Below, piece by piece: positions 56,754 through 64,000 of a DNA stretch of 64,000 nt. Within the stretch, counting starts at the first letter, position 1. Every line of letters starts with the position of its first letter. The notes under the pieces are model-generated. The model did no database searches, was not told the origin of the DNA, and saw nothing but the letters and a program-made list of their open reading frames with translations. Location of the stretch: NCBI GenBank assembly GCA_963804995.1, contig CAWDSK010000006.1, positions 736,001 to 800,000 of the forward strand. Direction: 5' to 3'. The position numbers and the translations under genes were made by a program. This DNA is from an uncultured Acidobacteriota bacterium. Lineage in GTDB: Bacteria > Acidobacteriota > Terriglobia > UBA7540.

Positions 56754-57581
56754 CTAGGGGCGAAAGTTCAGTTTGTTCGCCAGCCTGGCCTTCTCTTGCT
56801 CGGCCCGGTTCGCCTCGTCCTGTTTCTTCTGACGTTCGATTTCTTTCTGGGGGGCCTCCTGCTCATCCAGGCGGATCGCTTCGGCGATAGCCGCCTGAGC
56901 CAGGGGATCGAGCCGTTTCGAATAGACGAGCATTCCAAAAGTCGGCTGGTAGGAGGAACGGAAAAGATTGAACGAGTACTGCGAGTCCTCCCAACGTGCT
57001 ATGACCTTTTCGCTGTCGTTATAGACCTGCAACGAAGAGAAGAGGACAACCTTCGTATCCGGCCTGGACGCCGTTCCGTACTCCGCCGAAATGGCTTCGA
57101 CCATGTCCTCGTTGGTCAGCCCTTCGGTCCTTTGCCGATCATAATTGACCACCATTCGAAAGAGCTCCCCGTTGTAAAAGCTGAAGAGGATGGTCCTAAC
57201 CGCGTCCGCTTGGGGTGGAGATCTGTAGGAGAGCCACGGTTGCCATGTCAGTTCTTGAATCACTGCCGGACGTTGATGGATCACCTTTGCCTCAGACGGT
57301 TCAATAGCTGCCTGTTTCGCTACCGCGGGCAGGTTCATTCCAAATTGAAACCCCCGGTACCTGGAAAGATCTGGCGCGTCAACCAATGGCGCCGATACCG
57401 GGTCAGCTCGAAGCGAAGCGCTAAGAAAGCGTTGCGGTTGCAACGACAGTTCTTGGATCAGTGACGGCGTCTGCATTATCAACCTTGCCGAAGTCGGTTT
57501 CACATCCTGTGCGCAAATCAAGGGCGCGGCTGAAAGCACGGCCCAAGAGATTGAGATTGCGATGCTGCGCATGCTGATCAT
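56754..57581 (-). CDS. Hypothetical secreted protein
   Basis: Signal peptide, SD ggagga, YRGFQFGM domain and coiled-coil tail ending FRP. Confidence 0.7.
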   Translation of the reverse strand: MISMRSIAISISWAVLSAAPLICAQDVKPTSARLIMQTPSLIQELSLQPQRFLSASLRADPVSAPLVDAPDLSRYRGFQFGMNLPAVAKQAAIEPSEAKVIHQRPAVIQELTWQPWLSYRSPPQADAVRTILFSFYNGELFRMVVNYDRQRTEGLTNEDMVEAISAEYGTASRPDTKVVLFSSLQVYNDSEKVIARWEDSQYSFNLFRSSYQPTFGMLVYSKRLDPLAQAAIAEAIRLDEQEAPQKEIERQKKQDEANRAEQEKARLANKLNFRP

Positions 57582-57816
57582 GGGAGTCCTCCTTCAGGGG
57601 ACTTGATGCTTTACGAATGCCAGGTACGTCGAACTCGACCGAGGTCAGCCTTACTGACGCTAGCCAATCGGCATGAGGGTCAGCGACATGATACGGTCTA
57701 ACGCGGACGCGGCAAGGGTTGTCCTGGTTGCATTGCTTTTTAGCTTCTTCCTAAACTCGCCAATCCTCATACGAAGGAGAATCTTGCGCTTTCGTAGTCG
57801 GCCAAATCGGGCCTGG

Positions 57817-59585
57817 GAACGTGTGAAGAAATGTGTTTTGAGAATCGCGGGATAGGGATAAGTCGGGATGCACGATGATTTCACTTTCGTGGTGCGGGTA
57901 ATCGCGGCTGGGGGTGAGGTTGCCAGGTGAGCACCGGCGGCAGCATGATTTCTTCCTCATCCTCGTGTGGCGCTTTGGCGCTCTTCACTTACGCCGGCGC
58001 CAGGGCGGCATCGGTCAGGGTGGGCCGTCGCTGCAGGGCGAACCATCGGGTCAGGTTATAACTCAGCGCCGCCCACGTTGCCTCCAGGGTTGCTTTCAGG
58101 CGGCCGCGACAGCGGAACTGGCGCAGGCCGCAGCGTTCTTTAATCCAGGCGTGGGGGAACTCGGCGATACGCGACCGTTGACCGTAAATCCGCTGCGCTT
58201 CTTCCGTGGCCATCTTGGCCTTGAAGGCCAGGGTCGCCGCGGGTTCCTCCAGGCGCGTAATCGATCGGACCCATTGGGAGCGCGCTTTTTGCGGGGCGCA
58301 CTGGCTGCGTAACGTACACGTACGACAAGCCTCCCGCGGCGCGCGATAGACGTGGACGCGGACCCCGTGCCCGCGATTCTGTATCGCACGGTGAGTCAGG
58401 ATTTCTCCCGCCGGGCAAGTGAAGCTGTCGTGCTCGGCACGATAGTGGAAGGCGCTGGCCAGAAACGCGGCGCGGCGGCCTTGGGCGTCGCGTTCGCCGG
58501 GCTTCCAACTCGCCTGCCACGATCCATAAAAATCCACTCCGCAGTTCGCCGCCGCCGCGACCGAGGCGTGATTGGTGTAGTCGCCATCGGCAACGATCTG
58601 CCGGGGATGGCGTCCCAGCGTTTGCGCGCAGCGGTCGAGGGCCGGTTCCAGTTGGCGATGATCGATGGCATCGGTGGTCGCCTCCACATTCACGATCAGC
58701 CCGTGCGTGGTGTCCGTCAGCAGTTGCACGTTGTAGCTCGGAACCGTGCCGCCCTCGCCATTTCTCATGACGTGGGCTTCCGGGTCGGTGCTGGAGGCGC
58801 GGGCCACAAAACTGTCGCGATCGTCCTTTTTCTCGCGCTGTAAGCGCTCGACCTCGCGTACGGCAGCCTCCAAACGGCTCCGGCGTTGCCGTGCGGCCCG
58901 CTGCCGCGCCGCCACCTGCCGCCTGGCCATCTGCTCTTCTTCCGCCGCTTGTTCCTCCATCAGCCGCACTTGTTCGCGGGCCAATTGCAGGTGAGCTTCG
59001 AGCGTCGGCTGGCGCCGGAACGTATTGCCGCCGGCATTGGCCTTGATCTTCGTGCCGTCCAGCGTCACGCGCTCCAGAGTGATCAGACCCTCGGCGCTCA
59101 GCATCCCCAGCACCTGCACGAAGAGATCGTCCAGCGCCGCCTTTTGACTGGAACGAAACCCGGACAGCGTGCGGTGACTGATCGGCTCCAGCCCGCACAG
59201 CCACTGAAAGGCCGGTTCATATTCGCACCGCCGCGCCATCTCGCGCGCCGAACTGATCCCGCGGCTGTAGGCATACAGCCAGAGACTGATCAAAACCTGC
59301 GGATCGGTGTGCTCCCTCCCCGCCCGCCCCTCCACGGCGGCGATGCCGGCATAATACCGACTCAGATCCAGCCGCCCTACCAACTCCCAAATCGAGCGCG
59401 CGGGGTGATCTTCCTCAATCAGTCGCTCCACATCAATCGCCCGCATCACCATCTGGCACCGATTCACCGCAGTCAAACGAGGTCGAGTAACCGGAGGCTT
59501 GGTCGTCATGCCCGCAGTGTACCCGACCTACCACTTTCCACCTAGGCATTCTTGTTGGTTTTCAGGCTAATTTCTTCACACGTTC
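57817..59585 (-). mobile_element. IS1182-family element
   Basis: Perfect 16-bp TIRs gaacgtgtgaagaaat / atttcttcacacgttc; tgg on both flanks. Confidence 0.9.
57989..59509 (-). CDS. IS1182-family transposase
   Basis: LWLYAYSRGISSAR, LDGTKIKANA, STDPEA, SYNVQ, ADGDY, CPAG, QFRCRG. Confidence 0.93.
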   Translation of the reverse strand: MTTKPPVTRPRLTAVNRCQMVMRAIDVERLIEEDHPARSIWELVGRLDLSRYYAGIAAVEGRAGREHTDPQVLISLWLYAYSRGISSAREMARRCEYEPAFQWLCGLEPISHRTLSGFRSSQKAALDDLFVQVLGMLSAEGLITLERVTLDGTKIKANAGGNTFRRQPTLEAHLQLAREQVRLMEEQAAEEEQMARRQVAARQRAARQRRSRLEAAVREVERLQREKKDDRDSFVARASSTDPEAHVMRNGEGGTVPSYNVQLLTDTTHGLIVNVEATTDAIDHRQLEPALDRCAQTLGRHPRQIVADGDYTNHASVAAAANCGVDFYGSWQASWKPGERDAQGRRAAFLASAFHYRAEHDSFTCPAGEILTHRAIQNRGHGVRVHVYRAPREACRTCTLRSQCAPQKARSQWVRSITRLEEPAATLAFKAKMATEEAQRIYGQRSRIAEFPHAWIKERCGLRQFRCRGRLKATLEATWAALSYNLTRWFALQRRPTLTDAALAPA

Positions 59586-59641
59586 TGGACACCATTTCTT
59601 CCCGACACAACTTGCTCCTTCGCGCCCCCTGGGCTTCGGTA

Positions 59642-60070
59642 TCAGGCGACAGCTAGTTTGACTTGGGCCCAGTCCGCAAGGCGTCTGCTGTGGAATAGAA
59701 AGATACTTTCCTGGATATGTCGCGGGTGGGCGGAGACCGTCACGGAGGGTATCCCCAGGAAGCGCTTCGCGGCCACTTGCTCGATCTCCAAGCAGTTCAA
59801 TTTCTCCGATTTCATGCCCGCGATGACACTCTTGACTGCCCTGCGTGTCGTCTTTTCTATGTCAGAACCGACGGCGGTCGCTTTGACCTCACCAGCCATA
59901 AAGAAAAAGGTCCATCCTACTCCGCAGAGTTTTCGATCCATTCCGGAGCTGTCAAGGTTCTTGACCAGTCTCCAGCCCTTCAAATACGGCTCGCTTTCTA
60001 ACTGCAAGCTTTCGGGCATAACCGTGCCTTCCTTGATCAGGATGGTGCCCGTATTGATTTTGTCTGCCAT
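59642..60070 (-). CDS. Hypothetical protein (142 aa)
   Basis: SD ggggag, globular composition, co-oriented with neighbours. Confidence 0.65.
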   Translation of the reverse strand: MADKINTGTILIKEGTVMPESLQLESEPYLKGWRLVKNLDSSGMDRKLCGVGWTFFFMAGEVKATAVGSDIEKTTRRAVKSVIAGMKSEKLNCLEIEQVAAKRFLGIPSVTVSAHPRHIQESIFLFHSRRLADWAQVKLAVA

Positions 60071-60165
60071 TAGCTTCTCCCCGCTGTTTGCGCTGGGGAT
60101 CAAGTCGACAACGCCCACAGGCTTACAGTGACTCGCTTCCCAGACTGCAATCTGTTAAGGACGTC

Positions 60166-60606
60166 CTAAAGTGTGGCAACCCTTTCCTCTGCAGCGCGGC
60201 TGACGTTAGTGGCGGCGCTGTGGAGGCCTCTCATCCAGGTGCCAGCTTCCGTGCGTTCACCTGCAGTGGGCGGATAGATCAGAACCAGGCCATCACGGCA
60301 AGCATCGGCTCGACACGTGAACTGATCCTGATTCATAAGGATGAAGTCAAGGGTCTGGGCCAACCGCTCAGAATGGTATCTGTTACTGAAACGTACCCCA
60401 CTTGGATGGGCCGAAGATGTCCACATCCAGTAGTCGCACACGAGGGCCTGGTAACCCCCGGCTCTAACCGCCCAGACGCTCAGATAATCCAAGGAGGTTC
60501 CAGGTTCACATAGGTATTCAACCCGTACTGAGCATGGGTTGGCAACTTTCATCAAATCTTCCCAGGCTGAAATCACTGCAAATTGAAAGACCTTGTCTAA
60601 TTCCAT
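60166..60606 (-). CDS. Hypothetical protein (146 aa)
   Basis: SD gaggagg, co-oriented, Trp/Cys-containing globular sequence. Confidence 0.6.
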   Translation of the reverse strand: MELDKVFQFAVISAWEDLMKVANPCSVRVEYLCEPGTSLDYLSVWAVRAGGYQALVCDYWMWTSSAHPSGVRFSNRYHSERLAQTLDFILMNQDQFTCRADACRDGLVLIYPPTAGERTEAGTWMRGLHSAATNVSRAAEERVATL

Positions 60607-60734
60607 GTGGAGTCCTCCTCACGAACAAATCGCATCGATGAACTTGGACCACACGGTGCCGACGAGATCCGTCCAGGTATATGGTTAAAGGCTTGTTTGG
60701 GCCGACGACCCGGCAGCAACGAGTTCGCTGAAGC

Positions 60735-60938
60735 TTAATTCTCATATTTCACCTTGCGCGGAACCGTCACGTAGCCGGCCTCCATAAAGTACTTACCCGC
60801 GCTGCTCGCCTGGACGTCCCAGATCGCCCCCATACAAACCGCGAATCCCAGCAGGATGTAGTAACCCACGGGCGAGGGCCACCACAGCGCCAGGAGCAAC
60901 ATCGGAATGAAACCCCGCTTCATCATTCTCGTAAGCAT
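60735..60938 (-). CDS. Small membrane protein, shortened paralog of 61116-61466
   Basis: MLTRMMK...QASSAGKYF aligns by eye with MFTKIMK...QAFRTGKYF. Confidence 0.5.
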   Translation of the reverse strand: MLTRMMKRGFIPMLLLALWWPSPVGYYILLGFAVCMGAIWDVQASSAGKYFMEAGYVTVPRKVKYEN

Positions 60939-61115
60939 TGGACACCTCGTTTCTTCTTGTGCAGGGACCCTCTCGACCGGACAAGAGATAGAGGGCGATC
61001 TTGCCGCTCCCACCGAACGAAAGGCCTCTTGACTTCAGGCTACGAGGCGAGGGGTGATCGTGTGAAAGGTCAAATCGAAGACCCTTCAGCGTACAAGCCA
61101 CCAGGACTACGGCCC

Positions 61116-61466
61116 TCACAGCGATTCGCTACCCGGAGTCCGATCTGTTATCGAAGGCACTGAGAGTATTGGTTTCCACTGCAATACTGCCAGAGAGGCC
61201 AGAAACGCCGCGATGCAAACCAGATCCAACACGAGGAACCCCCCGTGAGAAAATGCAATGGGTACGGCGGGATTGAAGAGAACCGCGATGGCTACAAATC
61301 CCATCCCCCAGAAGTACTTGCCGGTGCGAAAAGCCTGTGCAGCGACAACGGCAGCGGCTACACAGACGACCAGTTCCAGGGCGATTCGGTAGCTCACCGA
61401 GGAGCTCAAAAACACGCCGAGAAGCAATGCCATGATGGAAAGCCACTTCATGATTTTCGTGAACAT
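61116..61466 (-). CDS. Membrane protein, DUF6804-like
   Basis: Four TM segments, Y..LELVVC, IAVLFNP.VP signature. Confidence 0.65.
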   Translation of the reverse strand: MFTKIMKWLSIMALLLGVFLSSSVSYRIALELVVCVAAAVVAAQAFRTGKYFWGMGFVAIAVLFNPAVPIAFSHGGFLVLDLVCIAAFLASLAVLQWKPILSVPSITDRTPGSESL

Positions 61467-61560
61467 TGGAGGCCTTGTTTCATCTTGTGCCCAGATTCCT
61501 CTTTGCCGGACTACCGAGACGGCGGACCAGCCGCCCCCGCTGAACGGAGGGATTCTTGTA

Positions 61561-61881
61561 TCAGCCTACGGCGCGGGCGGCGATCACGTGGAAGGTTGAG
61601 TTGGCAACCTCGTATGTTTGAACCCGAGGCGTTCCCTCAACCACGTCCGCCAGGGCCTTCAGTACTTTCGGATACGTTCCGCGATTGTAAGCATCCGCAT
61701 CCTCCCTCTGATCCCACAGGCTGATCCCCAGCGCTTCCAATCCGCCCGAGGCAACGAACGTAATTTCGCCCTGGAAGCCTTTCTGTTTTCGAAGCAGGGG
61801 AATGATTTCCTGGTCCATCGTGCGGGTGAACTCCGTAACACGGTTGGGCTTCAGGTGTATGGAGACATTTTGGGCAATCAT
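61561..61881 (-). CDS. ABM-like (dimeric alpha/beta barrel) protein
   Basis: IIPLLRKQKGF...ISLWDQREDADAY...TYEV; SD ggagg. Confidence 0.65.
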   Translation of the reverse strand: MIAQNVSIHLKPNRVTEFTRTMDQEIIPLLRKQKGFQGEITFVASGGLEALGISLWDQREDADAYNRGTYPKVLKALADVVEGTPRVQTYEVANSTFHVIAARAVG

Positions 61882-61980
61882 GGCAACCTCCGTGGCTCGT
61901 CTAACAGGTGCGAGTGCAGATAACCTGATTCGGTTCAGACCATCTGGAGGGTGAGGGCGGAAGCGCTCGTCGCCTTAACC

Positions 61981-62009
61981 ATAATAAGTGAATTCACTTG
62001 ATTTGTCAA
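61981..62009 (-). promoter_or_regulatory. Near-consensus sigma70 promoter with palindromic operator
   Basis: TTGACA-17 bp-TATTAT; perfect palindrome aagtgaattcactt at 61986-61999. Confidence 0.75.
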
Positions 62010-62063
62010 GTAAAATCTGAGACCTTATCGAACGTTTAACTTTTTCTGGTTAATTTCAGGAGG

Positions 62064-62780
62064 TGTGTGTCCTCAAAATCGAGCTGACTCTCAAAATCAG
62101 CGACTTGCAGACAGTTGGCTTCTGGTTGAATCAGTCGTGTAGACTGTTTCGGTGACACGGCTTCTCCCGGCTCTCTTCTCTTGGTTCGGTGCGTTCTTCC
62201 GCTCTCGGCGCGACCTCGGACTTGAGCTTGCCGCTTTGCGGCAGCAGATGGGCATTCTCAAACGCAAGAACCCTCAACCCAAGTTGAGCCGGTGGGATCG
62301 CCTGTTCTGGCTAGCACTCCGGCGCCTGTGGCCAAAATGGTCGAGCGTCCTGCTGATCGTAGAGCTGGAGACGGTCGTGCGCTGGCATCGCGCCGGGTTC
62401 CGGTGGTACTGGCGCTTGCTTTGTCGCCACCGCCCCGGCCGGCCGAAAATCACCTCCGAACTTCAGAAACTCATCCGGTCCATGGCAGCGGAGAATCCGA
62501 CTTGGGGGGCGCGCAGGATCCACGGCGAGTTTTTGAAATTGGGATTCGAAATCTCTGAATGCACGGTCTCTCGGTATCTTGCTCAAATCGACCGTCGTAG
62601 AGACTCAGGCAGGGGCTGGTCAGCCTTTCTCAAGAACCATCGCGACGCAATTGCCGCGATGGATTTCTTTACCGTGCCCACGGCAACCTTCCGGGTGCTG
62701 TACTGCTTCTTCATGATCAGCCACAGCCGGCGGAGAATCCTGCACTTCAATGCCACGGAACAACCCATCAGTCAGTGAAT
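62064..62780 (+). pseudogene. Truncated DDE IS (transposase 62152-62778), cut by IS1595
   Basis: Left end tgtgtgtcctcaaaatc; ETVVRWHRAGF, WGARRIHGE, MDFFTVPT; stops at the junction. Confidence 0.85.
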
Positions 62781-62839
62781 GGCGACAAATCACATGACAA
62801 ACAATGGCAGTAGAAGTTGGGTGTTCCGGTCCGCATTAA

Positions 62840-63004
62840 CTAACTGGCCTTCCGGTTGGCACGTCTCTGCTCACGGCCCTGCTTGAGTCGAGCATCAAGC
62901 TCTTCTTTGCCCACCGAAAGCAAGCGCCTGAGCCCCGCCTTAAACTTACGCGGCGATATTTTGACTTTTTCTTCGACGCCAGTTTGTCCCGTGTCTTTAT
63001 ACAT
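62840..63004 (-). CDS. Small passenger ORF of IS1595 (54 aa)
   Basis: MYKDTG...FKAGLRRLLSVGKEELDARL; overlaps the transposase stop, SD ggtgagg; below the ORF-track cutoff. Confidence 0.55.
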   Translation of the reverse strand: MYKDTGQTGVEEKVKISPRKFKAGLRRLLSVGKEELDARLKQGREQRRANRKAS

Positions 63005-63950
63005 CCTCACCTTCTTTTCCGGTCAATTCGTTGTACGTCACTCTCCGACCGTCTGCCTGTTTTAAGGCCGTCTGGAATCTCTCTCCGTCTGTCATCGTGC
63101 GAGTATTGAATCGGAAGGTAGCACTATCGAGATAGCGGTCAAGGTGAAAAGCGTCAACGGAATGATGCGTCCCGTAAATTGTCCGCTTGAACAGGCTCCA
63201 GAAGTTCTCAAGGCCGTTCGTGTGAACACGGCCCCGGACAAATTCTTCGGCGTGATTGATGACTTCGTGAATGTAATTCTGCTCTTCGATTCCGTCATAG
63301 GACTTCAATGCGTCAGAGTAGATGACGGAGCCGGGAGCAACGTTGCGGCTGATTTGTGCTTGAAGCTCTCCCTTGCGCACAGTCCGTACCTTTTTGGCGC
63401 GAATCGTACCATGCCGCTTGAGAAGTCCCATGACCGCGCACTTGCCGATTGACCCACGGCCAAGATGCTGCCTTTTGCTCGCGTGCTTGAAGCGCTCTTT
63501 TCCGCCGATGAAAGTTTCGTCAACTTCGACTTCGCCAGACAGCGGGTCGCGATCTCCGTTTTCGCGCATCGTGAGCCGGATTCGGTGAAGCATGAACCAT
63601 GCGGTCCTTTGCGTCACATTGAGCGCCCGGCCAAGCTGATAGGAACTCACATCTTTTTTCGATGACATCTCAAGCCAGAAGGCGGGAAGCCATTTATCCA
63701 AGCCAAGCGGGGAGTCCTCGAAAATCGTTCCGACCTTGACCGTGAACTGCTTTCGGCAAGTCTTGCAGCGCCAGATGATTCCACGTGTCTTGCTATTGAT
63801 CGTCCAGACCTCTGTCCCGCCGCAATCCGCACGCGGGCAAGTGACCTTACCATTGGGCCACCGGACATCTGCAAGAGCCTGATGGCATACTTCCGGGTCG
63901 GAGTAGTATCGAACTGCTTCAAGCAACGTTTCTGGTATGTTGTTAATCAT
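62997..63950 (-). CDS. IS1595-family transposase
   Basis: RWP..CP..C zinc ribbon, FTVKVGTIFEDS, AWFMLHRIR, EVDETF, YSDAL, HTNGLENFW, FRFN. Confidence 0.94.
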   Translation of the reverse strand: MINNIPETLLEAVRYYSDPEVCHQALADVRWPNGKVTCPRADCGGTEVWTINSKTRGIIWRCKTCRKQFTVKVGTIFEDSPLGLDKWLPAFWLEMSSKKDVSSYQLGRALNVTQRTAWFMLHRIRLTMRENGDRDPLSGEVEVDETFIGGKERFKHASKRQHLGRGSIGKCAVMGLLKRHGTIRAKKVRTVRKGELQAQISRNVAPGSVIYSDALKSYDGIEEQNYIHEVINHAEEFVRGRVHTNGLENFWSLFKRTIYGTHHSVDAFHLDRYLDSATFRFNTRTMTDGERFQTALKQADGRRVTYNELTGKEGEDV

Positions 63951-64000
63951 GAGTACAGTTTACGCCACTAATAGTTGTTTGTCAAGTACAAAATGAAATT

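Larger units (their letters stand above)
57660..59608 (-). pseudogene. Small basic protein gene interrupted by IS1182
   Basis: Removing the IS gives GTG-SGRNGVQARFGRLRKRKILLRMR...; SD aaggag. Confidence 0.55.

Overview
The window is GC-rich bacterial DNA. Gene content and repeat style suggest Acidobacteriota (Terriglobia-like), which is an inference. Bases 1-26449 are core chromosome: TPR proteins, patatin, FecR-like protein, MFS, Ser/Thr kinase, a purA-moeA-moaC-RR-mogA operon, glgA, rsmA, cytochrome c, rnj-four-helix-bundle-uppP-ftsK, PilZ and tRNA-Phe. This part is dotted with REP/MITE elements and inverted 7-mer tandem repeats. From the 3' end of tRNA-Phe (26450) to the window end lies an integrase-led mosaic island. 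It holds several TGT...ACA-ended DDE insertion sequences, IS1182, IS1595, a gltA-icd-mdh-'korD cassette and an IlvB-ACT fusion. It also holds a striking set of transcription/RNA factors: a divergent RpoD paralog, two RRM proteins, DksA/TraR, a stand-alone PcrA/UvrD-type Tudor domain and small basic proteins. There are three best candidates for poorly described systems. (1) A 3.4 kb large-serine-recombinase element has inserted precisely into the PWQN/G codons of another transposase; its layout suggests one gene is expressed only after circularisation. (2) A four-helix-bundle gene is bracketed by inverted heptamer repeats, with 'empty' copies at operon junctions and one copy in-frame inside uppP. 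(3) The island carries an RNA-polymerase/RNA reprogramming module. Many single-base frameshifts in otherwise intact genes suggest consensus indel errors, so pseudogene calls are tentative. Family names come from motif recognition, not database searches.
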